From a virus (lineage: Duplodnaviria > Caudoviricetes), in IMG/VR virus record IMGVR_UViG_3300018411_000001, positions 1 to 61,870 of that record: a DNA stretch of 61,870 nucleotides, one strand, 5' to 3'. Each line of letters begins with the position of its first letter. The stretch's first letter is position 1. The notes below the pieces were generated by a model. The model did no database searches. It saw nothing but the letters and a program-made list of their open reading frames with translations, and was not told the DNA's origin. This document shows, one piece after another, positions 54,439-61,870 of the stretch. Made by a program: the position numbers and the translations under genes.

Positions 54439-54747
54439 TCAATTGATTCCAAGCTCTTGCTTGGTCCTCTCCAACAGCTCCAGCTCGGTACCGAACTGCG
54501 CCACAAAATTCAGCTTATCCAGGTGAATGCTGGCTATCTGCGGGTGCTGCTGCCCGCGGTGATGTGCAGGACACAGCGCAATGCTCATTGCGTGGTCTGC
54601 ACGCTGCCCCCTGCCCTGGCCATCACGGATGTGGTGAACCTCCGCAGGTGTGCCCGGGGTGTCCTGCACCAGGCACGCTATGCAGCCGATGCCGGTGATT
54701 GCTTCAAACCATGCCTTGTCGGCCTTGGTTTTGTGTTTTGTGGCCAT
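54439..54747 (-). CDS. Ref-like (recombination enhancement) HNH nuclease
   Basis: GCIAC..PAEVHHIR.G.G.GQRA.H...ALCP.HHR. Confidence 0.8.
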   Translation of the reverse strand: MATKHKTKADKAWFEAITGIGCIACLVQDTPGTPAEVHHIRDGQGRGQRADHAMSIALCPAHHRGQQHPQIASIHLDKLNFVAQFGTELELLERTKQELGIN

Positions 54748-54755
54748 AGTTCCCC

Positions 54756-54935
54756 CTACCCGTGAATGGCCACAACAGGGCCATCATATCGCTCACTGAG
54801 TTTGGTGTGACTCACATCGCAAACATGGCAGACTGAACAGTTCATTTCGTCTTCTGCGTGGTCATGGTCTTGAAGCACCACCTCGGCGTTCTGCGGCATC
54901 TTTTTCAGCTCAGCTATCAGCTTTTTCACTTTCAT
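54756..54935 (-). CDS. Small 59-aa hypothetical protein (MKVKKLIAELKKMPQNAEV...)
   Basis: SD GAGG; common phage N-terminal motif. Confidence 0.7.
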   Translation of the reverse strand: MKVKKLIAELKKMPQNAEVVLQDHDHAEDEMNCSVCHVCDVSHTKLSERYDGPVVAIHG

Positions 54936-54948
54936 TTCGCGTTCCTCG

Positions 54949-55254
54949 TTACAGGCTAAACAGTCGGTAGAATCCCCAGCCGATCATCACGGCCGATGTG
55001 AGCAAGGCTATCGTTGCAGTGACACCAGCCATCAGCCTGACAACGGCACCGGGGATGTCCTCGTAACCCATCGCCACATCCCGAAGGACAATGACCGGGT
55101 TGATTGCCCACAGCGTGATGGCCGCCTCTTTGCACCAGCCGCGCCAGGTCAATGGCTCCTTGCGACCGTTGCCGCTCGTATCAGCCGCCAGCGGGCCAAT
55201 GATGAACAGCGCGAACACCGCACCGCCAATGATTGCTACCAGGGCGTCACTCAT
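54949..55254 (-). CDS. Small membrane protein
   Basis: Two or three hydrophobic segments; overlaps the upstream stop. Confidence 0.65.
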   Translation of the reverse strand: MSDALVAIIGGAVFALFIIGPLAADTSGNGRKEPLTWRGWCKEAAITLWAINPVIVLRDVAMGYEDIPGAVVRLMAGVTATIALLTSAVMIGWGFYRLFSL

Positions 55255-55588
55255 GGTCGATCCTCGCCAGGGCGTTCTGCATTGCACTGATGCTGCTCTC
55301 CAGGGCCTGGCGGGTATGCGTCAGGCTGGTAGGGTTGCTGGCTTTCAGTGCGGCTTCAAATTGCGCAAAGCGCTCACTGTCGATATCCGTTGGGATGCCT
55401 GCCACGTACTCAAGGTAGATGAGTCGGCGGGCTTGCTCTGGCAGATCGGTCCGGTCTGTCTCGTAAGCGCAGCCACGGGATGAGGTGTAACCCACCGCCC
55501 CCCAGAACTGTTTTAGAGACAGCTGTTTTTCCTTGCGCATCTGCCGCAGCGCCTGGGGGCTGAAATTCGCTCGTTTTTGCTGTTGCAT
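55247..55588 (-). CDS. Cro-like HTH regulator
   Basis: LRQMRKE.QLS..QFWGAVGYT.S.G..YE; divergent from the repressor. Confidence 0.8.
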   Translation of the reverse strand: MQQQKRANFSPQALRQMRKEKQLSLKQFWGAVGYTSSRGCAYETDRTDLPEQARRLIYLEYVAGIPTDIDSERFAQFEAALKASNPTSLTHTRQALESSISAMQNALARIDHE

Positions 55589-55699
55589 CACAATCACCAT
55601 GTTGTTATTTCAGAAACAATGTTTGCAAAAAAGGAATCATAAATCAACAACAGTCGTTGCCATTTCGCAAAATAAGCCATATCAAGCAGGCGGGGACAC

Positions 55700-56308
55700 A
55701 TGAGCAGGAGTTCAACCGTGCCGGTCAACAAGCGGTATTTCATAGATTTGATGAAGGATAGGAAGCTGTCACTTCGCGAGGTCGCACGCCGGATGGACGT
55801 GTGGCCAGCAGCCCTATCCCGATCCCTGGATGACAAGCGCAAGATGCAGATGCCCGAGGCGGTCGCCCTCGCCCGCATCCTCTCGGTACCCCTCACAGAA
55901 GTAATGGTGAACGCAGGGATTGAGCAGGCAGTTGTCACCAGCCGCCGCTGCTCCATCATCGGGCACATTCATGAAGATGGCCTCGTTGAGCCATTACCCT
56001 CTGGAGTGATTGAGCGGATCCCGATCCCTGACGGGCTGGATGACGACGTGGTTGCAGTTCAAATGCACACCGCAGGCACTGCGGCAGAGTTTACCGATGG
56101 CTGGGTGACATACCTGGGACAGCAGCGCGACCCGAGTGACTGCATGGGGTTCTACTCGCTGATGGCTATCGAAGAGGGTGAGTGGGTCATGGGGGTGCTC
56201 AGGCGTGGGTATTCGCAGGGAACGTATAACGTGACCTATCGCACAGGTGTTCATAGAAACAACGTCAGAGTGTCGTGGGCACGGCGCGCATATCTGACAA
56301 CTCACTAA
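55700..56308 (+). CDS. CI-like repressor (XRE HTH plus S24-like C-terminal domain)
   Basis: LSLREVARRMDV.PAALSRSL..KRKM...EA..LA.IL; divergent arrangement. Confidence 0.8.
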   Translation: MSRSSTVPVNKRYFIDLMKDRKLSLREVARRMDVWPAALSRSLDDKRKMQMPEAVALARILSVPLTEVMVNAGIEQAVVTSRRCSIIGHIHEDGLVEPLPSGVIERIPIPDGLDDDVVAVQMHTAGTAAEFTDGWVTYLGQQRDPSDCMGFYSLMAIEEGEWVMGVLRRGYSQGTYNVTYRTGVHRNNVRVSWARRAYLTTH

Positions 56309-56318
56309 GAAAAAAGAT

Positions 56319-56348
56319 TTGCATTTAAACAACTGTCGATTCTAAAAT
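56319..56348 (+). promoter_or_regulatory. Sigma70-like early rightward promoter
   Basis: TTGCAT-18 nt-TAAAAT. Confidence 0.65.
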
Positions 56349-56525
56349 ACAAATAAGCAGTGAGTTTTACTGCTGTGAGCGGTCACCATATTGCGGTGTC
56401 CGTGGAGCTGGCGACTTGTCAGCACATTCAGGCGCAAAGCGCCGCAAATCACTTTCATGGATGGTCTGGTGTGGTCGCCTCTCGGCGGCCAATAGCGAGC
56501 GCCAGCAGTCCATCAAGGAGAAAGG

Positions 56526-57062
56526 ATGAAGCAATTTATTTTTGAAACCTTCAATCAGCATCGACTGGCACGAGGCGCAGATGCAGCTCGCGTCCTGGTG
56601 ATTGATGAAGATGGTGACGAATGGTCACTCTGGATGAGTGAGGCAGACATTCGCGGCAATGTGCAAGAGTTTGGCCCGCATTACGGCCTGCTGGTGGCTG
56701 CACGCCACTACCACATGAAGGCTGAGCCGCTGGTGGCCCTGCACCTCTCAAAGGGGAAGAATAAGCACTTTCTTAAGCCTGTCACCCCGGCGCGAGACAG
56801 TGACGGTCTTTGGACCCACCCAGACTACCCTGCAGCCGAGGAGGGGCAGCTTACAGAAACCAATTTCAGCCAGTGGCTCCAACTTGTCGGCTTTGAGAGT
56901 CATGTCGAGGCGCCAGCATATTGCGCAAATTGCGAGAGTGATATTTCAGATTGGGAGCCAACGGCACCGGAAGGTGATGGGTGGTTTGTTGGCTCCATCC
57001 ACGAAACCGAAGACGAGCCTTATGCGGTCTGCGTCTGGCTGCGCAAGCTGGAGGCAGCATGA
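56526..57062 (+). CDS. Hypothetical protein
   Basis: RD.DG.WTHP and WEP..PEGDGWF..SIHETED motifs common in phages. Confidence 0.8.
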   Translation: MKQFIFETFNQHRLARGADAARVLVIDEDGDEWSLWMSEADIRGNVQEFGPHYGLLVAARHYHMKAEPLVALHLSKGKNKHFLKPVTPARDSDGLWTHPDYPAAEEGQLTETNFSQWLQLVGFESHVEAPAYCANCESDISDWEPTAPEGDGWFVGSIHETEDEPYAVCVWLRKLEAA

Positions 57063-57469
57063 TGGCAAAGCGCACCCTCTGGAATTGGTTGTTTGGCCTT
57101 ATGGCCAAACCCGAACCCCGCCAGCCTATGGCGGTACCGAACAGCCCAGCACGCGGCAAACCGATGGCTGGCGCAGTTTCGCTCTCTGCTGATGAGTGGA
57201 ATGAACTTTGCTCCCGCAGTCCCCGCCACTACGACGGCGCGAGAGCCATGACCGATGCTGAGTTGCGCGAGCGCAGCCATAGAATGGCAGCCGGCGTAGT
57301 GGCCGGCGAACCGCAGCGGGACGTCCCCCGCAAATGGGAGCCAGGCATCGAGCACAACCAGCCTCACCCAGTCAAAGAAAACCCGGATGGATCGCTCTAC
57401 TACAAGGGCAAGGTGTACCGGATGGTCGGCGAACGCCGCAACAACAAGAACAAGCGCCGTCAAGGCTAA
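57059..57469 (+). CDS. Hypothetical protein
   Basis: ATGA coupling; SD GGAGG. Confidence 0.7.
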   Translation: MMAKRTLWNWLFGLMAKPEPRQPMAVPNSPARGKPMAGAVSLSADEWNELCSRSPRHYDGARAMTDAELRERSHRMAAGVVAGEPQRDVPRKWEPGIEHNQPHPVKENPDGSLYYKGKVYRMVGERRNNKNKRRQG

Positions 57470-57477
57470 GGCAATTT

Positions 57478-58026
57478 ATGAACCTCCATGAAGCACAGGT
57501 GGCGCGTTACGCGGCCATCGCAAAGGCTGAGGAAGTGGTAGCGAGCAACTTTGAAACCGCCCTCATGCTGATGAAAGCCGGCAAGCGCGTCATGCGCCGC
57601 GGCTGGAACGGCAAGGGCCAGTTCGTTTGGCTGGCATCGGTCGGCACAATGCCGCAGGACTACGACACCAGCCCCTGCCGCGAGCTGGAGTGGTCAAGCA
57701 CCCTGATGCTGCGCAATGCACAGAACAAGCTGGCCACCTGGGGGCCATCTATTGGCGACATCCTGGCGGAAGACTGGGACTTGTACGAAGAGCGGCAGGA
57801 TCTGACTATCTCCGACCACCAGCACCAGGCACTTGAAGAGCTGGAGCAGATCACCGAGAAGCTGGCCAGCCTCACAGCCTTTATCAACGACCCTGGCTCT
57901 ACCTTCTCAATGCTCAGCACAGATGAGCAGCACCAGCTGCGCATGAAGGCATCCTACCAGGAAGACTATGCGCGGGCTCTCAAGCGCATTGCGGACGGCT
58001 TGGGCGGTGAAGGGGGTTCTGTATGA
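57478..58026 (+). CDS. Tad2/DUF2829-like sponge domain fused to a crAss001_48-like helical domain
   Basis: FETAL..MKAGKRV.RRGWNGKGQFV.L and W.PS..DILAEDW; C-terminal E..Q..EKL..L.AFI..F..L..EQ..L. Confidence 0.8.
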   Translation: MNLHEAQVARYAAIAKAEEVVASNFETALMLMKAGKRVMRRGWNGKGQFVWLASVGTMPQDYDTSPCRELEWSSTLMLRNAQNKLATWGPSIGDILAEDWDLYEERQDLTISDHQHQALEELEQITEKLASLTAFINDPGSTFSMLSTDEQHQLRMKASYQEDYARALKRIADGLGGEGGSV

Positions 58027-58298
58027 GCAATTCAACAGCACGCCTGCAGCTTGGTTTCTCTCCCTTGAGCAAGACCATTCAGCTGGCAAAGATGCGGGAC
58101 GTAGACGGCGGCAGGCTGCGCGTTGGTAACGAACCTGGCCGCAATGTCACCAATGAGGCAGCCCAGTTGGTATGGCAGCTGGTCATGGCCGAGGGCGGTG
58201 AAATAGCCTGGAACCTGGATGACGGCAGCCGGATGGTATTGAAGGCTGAAAAGGTGGAGCCAGCCGAAAATCAGACCAGCGAAGGGGGCTCGGTATGA
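58023..58298 (+). CDS. Hypothetical protein
   Basis: ATGA coupling. Confidence 0.75.
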   Translation: MSNSTARLQLGFSPLSKTIQLAKMRDVDGGRLRVGNEPGRNVTNEAAQLVWQLVMAEGGEIAWNLDDGSRMVLKAEKVEPAENQTSEGGSV

Positions 58299-58609
58299 AA
58301 CCAGAAAACCTGCTTTACCTGCTGGACACTCTCGACAGCACCACCGCTGATGACGTTGATGGTGATGGGTTCGATGTGGTTTGGGAAGATGAAAACGGCT
58401 TTGAATACTGGAGCGAAGAGTCCATCACCGCTGTTGCGGGTGAGGCTGCAGCACAACTCAGAAACATGGCAAGCGCCTATGAGTTCCTGGCCGCCGAATA
58501 CGGCAAGATCCTGCATCAAGCCGGGTTCAGTGAAAGCGCACTGGCTGGGCAGCAAGATGCCATGGGGTGGATAGCTAAGCGCCCCTCTGTTGATGAGGCC
58601 GCAGAATGA
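58295..58609 (+). CDS. Hypothetical acidic protein
   Basis: ATGA coupling. Confidence 0.75.
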   Translation: MKPENLLYLLDTLDSTTADDVDGDGFDVVWEDENGFEYWSEESITAVAGEAAAQLRNMASAYEFLAAEYGKILHQAGFSESALAGQQDAMGWIAKRPSVDEAAE

Positions 58610-58752
58610 CAGCCAAGCTCTATAACCACCGCGGCATGATGCAGGACCGCGTTGCCATCCTCAAACTCAAACTGCGCCAGCGTCGCCGCGATGAGATTGA
58701 ACGCCTGAACCTGGCAAAGCAGTTCGGGATCGAACCCAAAGACTTGCGCTAG
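58606..58752 (+). CDS. Small 48-aa basic protein
   Basis: ATGA overlap; SD GAGG. Confidence 0.6.
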   Translation: MTAKLYNHRGMMQDRVAILKLKLRQRRRDEIERLNLAKQFGIEPKDLR

Positions 58753-58802
58753 GCGCTATTACCAAAAAGGCGGGAATGCCCGCCTATTCCGAGGAAAGGA
58801 AA

Positions 58803-59285
58803 TTGGAACAACCCAAAGACAACCCCAAGCCCATGGCCGTCTACCACTACACCGCTCTGGTCAGTAAGCAGTTCCATGGCCCTGTCCATATGGATGGGGT
58901 TATCACAATACCGGTTATTGCCGGATCCAACGACTACAACGCAGTCAAAGAGCTGATCGCTATGGAGTGCGGTGTAGATGACTCATTCAGGGTGCAGGTG
59001 AAAAGCCTGTCGCTTGTCGGTGAGACTGTGCCATCCACCAGCATCCAGGATCACGACGCTGATTTTATCGGGCTGGCCGGCCAGACGGATGAGCTGATCG
59101 ACTGGCCGAAGCGCAAGGTGATCATCACCGCCACGCGAGAGACTGCTGGCGATGCCAGGTTCTGGCCGTTGATAGTAGATGCCATCAAGGAGTGTGGGGA
59201 GGCCGATCCCATGGGGTGCGAGGAGGACTTCACCTCTACGTATGGCGTGCGCCTGCGCTTCTCTTGGCCGAGGCGTGTTATATAA
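58803..59285 (+). CDS. Hypothetical protein
   Basis: SD GAGGAAAGGA before TTG. Confidence 0.7.
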   Translation: MEQPKDNPKPMAVYHYTALVSKQFHGPVHMDGVITIPVIAGSNDYNAVKELIAMECGVDDSFRVQVKSLSLVGETVPSTSIQDHDADFIGLAGQTDELIDWPKRKVIITATRETAGDARFWPLIVDAIKECGEADPMGCEEDFTSTYGVRLRFSWPRRVI

Positions 59286-59374
59286 GACTGATTGCAGACG
59301 GTCACGCCAAACCCCTTTTCAAACCGTTTCGCTCCTGCTACCGCTGTTTCGATTTCGACAACACGGAGCACACA

Positions 59375-59578
59375 GTGAGCAAGCAGTATCTAACACAGGA
59401 TGAAGTGGCCGAGCGGTACCGGGGCCTAATTTCAGTTCGCACTCTCGCCAACTGGAGAAGTCTAAGGATCGGCCCAAAGTACACAAAGGTAGGTAAGACC
59501 GTCCTCTACAGCGAGAACGAGCTGGATAAGTGGGACGAGCGGAACACCATCAACTGCGCCGTTACAGTGCGCGAATAG
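59375..59578 (+). CDS. Excisionase-like HTH protein
   Basis: YLT..EVAERY...ISVRTLANWR...GPKY.KVGK.VLY; SD GGAG. Confidence 0.85.
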   Translation: MSKQYLTQDEVAERYRGLISVRTLANWRSLRIGPKYTKVGKTVLYSENELDKWDERNTINCAVTVRE

Positions 59579-59585
59579 GAAAGGT

Positions 59586-60176
59586 ATGAGCAGACATAAT
59601 CTGGTAGCCGTGGCTGACCTGGAGACTCTGGGCAAGGGAGCTGGCGCGGTGATCGCCACCATCGGCGTGGTGGTCGTGGATGTGGCTCAGCTGCGGGTCG
59701 TGGATGAGTTCTACACCCGAGTTGACCGCTCTCAGGGGCGACTGGTTGACGACGGAACCCTGAAATGGTGGGAAGAGCAGAAGGCCAAAAACCCGGAAGC
59801 CTGGGTTGAGGTGTTCTCCAGTGGGGAACGGCCATCGCTGGCGACAGCGCTGGGGGAACTGAGAGACTTTCTGAGTCGCCACTTCGAACAGGTCGGCCCG
59901 GTGGAGCTGATGGGCAATGGCAGCGAGTTCGACAACGTGCTGCTGGCCGACGCCTATCAGCAGTGGGGCATTGAACAGCCTTGGCCCTACTACGGCAACC
60001 AGTCCCTGCGCACCGCCGTATGGATGGGGCGCAAGCTGCTGGGCATCGATCCTAAGTACGATCTTTCGTTCGAGGGTATCCAGCACCACGCACTACACGA
60101 TGCCCGCCATGAGGCGAAGTACCTGCTTCACATCATGGGCGCCTTCAAGAAGGCTATCGCTGGGGAGGTCGTATGA
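59586..60176 (+). CDS. DEDDh 3'-5' exonuclease (DUF5051-like)
   Basis: DLETLG, T.KWW, GNG..FD, H.ALHDA. Confidence 0.88.
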   Translation: MSRHNLVAVADLETLGKGAGAVIATIGVVVVDVAQLRVVDEFYTRVDRSQGRLVDDGTLKWWEEQKAKNPEAWVEVFSSGERPSLATALGELRDFLSRHFEQVGPVELMGNGSEFDNVLLADAYQQWGIEQPWPYYGNQSLRTAVWMGRKLLGIDPKYDLSFEGIQHHALHDARHEAKYLLHIMGAFKKAIAGEVV

Positions 60177-60586
60177 GCAAAACCGACATCGAAGAGCAGG
60201 CTTTCGACGCTGCCAACCGCATCAAGCGGATGATCCAGGAAACCGCACCCAAAGATGTGGTGCAGCTGAATGAGTTCATCCTCAGCGTTATCACCGAAGT
60301 GCTGGTGGATACCGTAACAGCAAGCTGTGAGCAGCTGGTGGACGAGAACACCCGCATGCGCACCGCCATCGACCAGACCATTGCCTGGCAGCAGTCGGTG
60401 GACATCGGCAATACCGAGAGCGTGCGGCCGCTGTACGAGGTGATCATCCAGACCGAGAGCACCTGCGCGGCCATCGATGACCTGCGAGCGAAGGGGGTGG
60501 AGCTGTTCCGTGACACCTATCTCAGTGGTGTGGCAAAAGACCTGGCCACCAGCTTTGCCGATCTGGTGCGGAGGGGTGGGGCATGA
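60173..60586 (+). CDS. Hypothetical protein
   Basis: Coupled; LRAKGVE.F motif. Confidence 0.75.
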   Translation: MSKTDIEEQAFDAANRIKRMIQETAPKDVVQLNEFILSVITEVLVDTVTASCEQLVDENTRMRTAIDQTIAWQQSVDIGNTESVRPLYEVIIQTESTCAAIDDLRAKGVELFRDTYLSGVAKDLATSFADLVRRGGA

Positions 60587-60798
60587 ACAAGCTCTTCACC
60601 ATGGCCCGCCAGACCGGCCGCAACATGATGGCTCGTATGGCCGCCATGCTGGCAATGGGACTGGATGCCTACCCACTGCATGCGCCAACTTCCGTGTCAG
60701 TGCAGCAGTGGCCGGCACCGGATCACCGCAACAGCACGGCAGCGGCTGATAAGCGCTGTGCGCGGCGGCGCCGCAACATCGCCAAGCGCAGGGGGTGA
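60583..60798 (+). CDS. Hypothetical basic protein
   Basis: Coupled; AA.KR.ARRRRN C-terminus. Confidence 0.7.
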   Translation: MNKLFTMARQTGRNMMARMAAMLAMGLDAYPLHAPTSVSVQQWPAPDHRNSTAAADKRCARRRRNIAKRRG

Positions 60799-61475
60799 GC
60801 GTGAAGCTGACCAAATCGTGGAGGGAAACCATTCTTGCCAAGTCTGGCGGCTGCTGCTGGTACTGCGGCACCAACCTTGCTGGTACGCGATGGCAGGCCG
60901 ACCACTTCCATCCGATAGTGCGTCTCGGTAAAGGCTGCATGTATCCGCTGCTCGATACCGTCGACAATCTGGTGCCAGCTTGCGGGCCATGCAACCACTA
61001 CAAGAGCGACATGTCGATTGAGAGGTTCCGCGACAACGTGATGCGCCAACGGGAGGCGACCTTGAAGGCCAGCACCGGACTTCGCCAACTCCACCGACTG
61101 GGGCGAGTTGAGTTCACTGATGATCCCGTTGTGTTCTGGTTTGAGCGGGATGGGCTGCAAGTTCCTGACATGATGGCTCTCATGGGGATAGGTGAAGCAG
61201 CCCAGTCGGTGGAATGGCGAGAGGAACGGTCAGAGCCAGGTTGTTTCTATGCCGATATCGGAGGGTTCGTTGTCACCGTCAGGAGACTGCGAGGCAGCCA
61301 GACCAACCTGTCAATCATGACCGGCGCCAACTGGCAGCAAATCAGATTCGAGTTTGATGGCGGGTGCATGACGCTGGTCGCTGCTCAGTGGGCGCTTGAC
61401 GCCATTGCTCGCGGATGGGACGAGGGGCACAGGCAGCCTGACGAAAGCGCAGGGGGTGAGCATGGCAGGGCATAA
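60795..61475 (+). CDS. HNH endonuclease with C-terminal extension
   Basis: CWYCG, ADHFHP, NLVPACGPCNHYK. Confidence 0.88.
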   Translation: MSVKLTKSWRETILAKSGGCCWYCGTNLAGTRWQADHFHPIVRLGKGCMYPLLDTVDNLVPACGPCNHYKSDMSIERFRDNVMRQREATLKASTGLRQLHRLGRVEFTDDPVVFWFERDGLQVPDMMALMGIGEAAQSVEWREERSEPGCFYADIGGFVVTVRRLRGSQTNLSIMTGANWQQIRFEFDGGCMTLVAAQWALDAIARGWDEGHRQPDESAGGEHGRA

Positions 61476-61737
61476 GCCACACATCGAGCTGGTTCAGCTG
61501 GTCCAACCACGGATGTGGCGGTGCGGGGTGCAAGGTAAGCCGCACGGGTATGCGGAATCACCCCAGGCGGCATACCTGGATTGGCTTAATGCGAACTCTA
61601 TGCGCTCGCTTGACCCTACCATGCACATCCTTGTGAGTGAGGTAGAGAGATCCCTGCGCATCGGATGGGCCGTCATAGCCTTAGCTGGTGGCGCCCTCAT
61701 TCTCTACAACATTGGGCTTAAGTGCGGATGGTGGTGA
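61462..61737 (+). CDS. Hypothetical protein with C-terminal TM segment
   Basis: KPHI..WRC..G...SP..AY..W motif; overlaps the upstream stop. Confidence 0.65.
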   Translation: MAGHKPHIELVQLVQPRMWRCGVQGKPHGYAESPQAAYLDWLNANSMRSLDPTMHILVSEVERSLRIGWAVIALAGGALILYNIGLKCGWW

Positions 61738-61747
61738 CGGTCTGTGA

Positions 61748-61870
61748 CCGAGCGTGAACGTGGTGAGGGTTGAATGCAAACCCTCACCTATCACAGCCAC
61801 CAGCCACCAGCGCATTCCGATTAACCACATTGAAAAGGTTACAGAAATTTGAAGCAAAAAGGATGATCCA
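61748..61870. repeat. Terminal direct repeat, right copy
   Basis: Identical to 1-123. Confidence 0.95.

Larger units (their letters stand above)
1..61870. mobile_element. Complete temperate podovirus genome (Bcep22-like organisation)
   Basis: Terminase, portal, scaffold, capsid, tail, lysis, replication, repressor, integrase and excisionase present; ends overlap; no host genes evident. Confidence 0.92.

Noticed and set aside
56380-56515. Possible tRNA
   Set aside because: No T-loop GTTCRA or cloverleaf; kept only as a structured leader
61748-61870. 123-bp repeat as a true virion terminal repeat
   Set aside because: Length is in the range of assembler overlaps and the site is far from the terminase genes; more likely a circular-contig artefact. 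Read-end analysis is needed.

Overview
The window looks like a complete, circularly assembled temperate podovirus genome of about 61.7 kb; bases 1-123 are repeated exactly at 61748-61870. Gene content and order resemble the Bcep22/BcepIL02-type phages: N4-gp56-family capsid, CsrA-like gene beside the scaffold gene, several tail spikes, GNAT and PAPS-reductase-like genes among the ejection genes, a 4542-aa DarB-like polyvalent protein and a tyrosine integrase. The host is probably a high-GC gammaproteobacterium such as Aeromonas (inference only). Layout: integrase module (+, 358-3476); lysis cassette, accessory genes and virion operon (-, 3545-44586); a small + island (44681-46622); replication/early-left operon (-, 46763-55588); repressor (+); early-right operon (+, 56526-61737). 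It encodes two recognisable nucleotide-signal sponges, Acb2 and a Tad2/DUF2829 fusion. The most novel candidate is a post-transcriptional switch. An identical 12-mer, GCGCAUGACGUG (a CsrA-type stem-loop with AUGAC instead of AGGAC), lies inside RBS-occluding hairpins of both the capsid and endolysin leaders, and the phage encodes a divergent CsrA. Other highlights: a TnpV-like gene nested in another frame of the giant gene, an ART-like module bounded by 10-bp direct repeats, a recurring AAACGACAAC promoter box, and an attenuator-like leader ahead of the replication operon. All family calls come from motif recognition by eye, not database searches.
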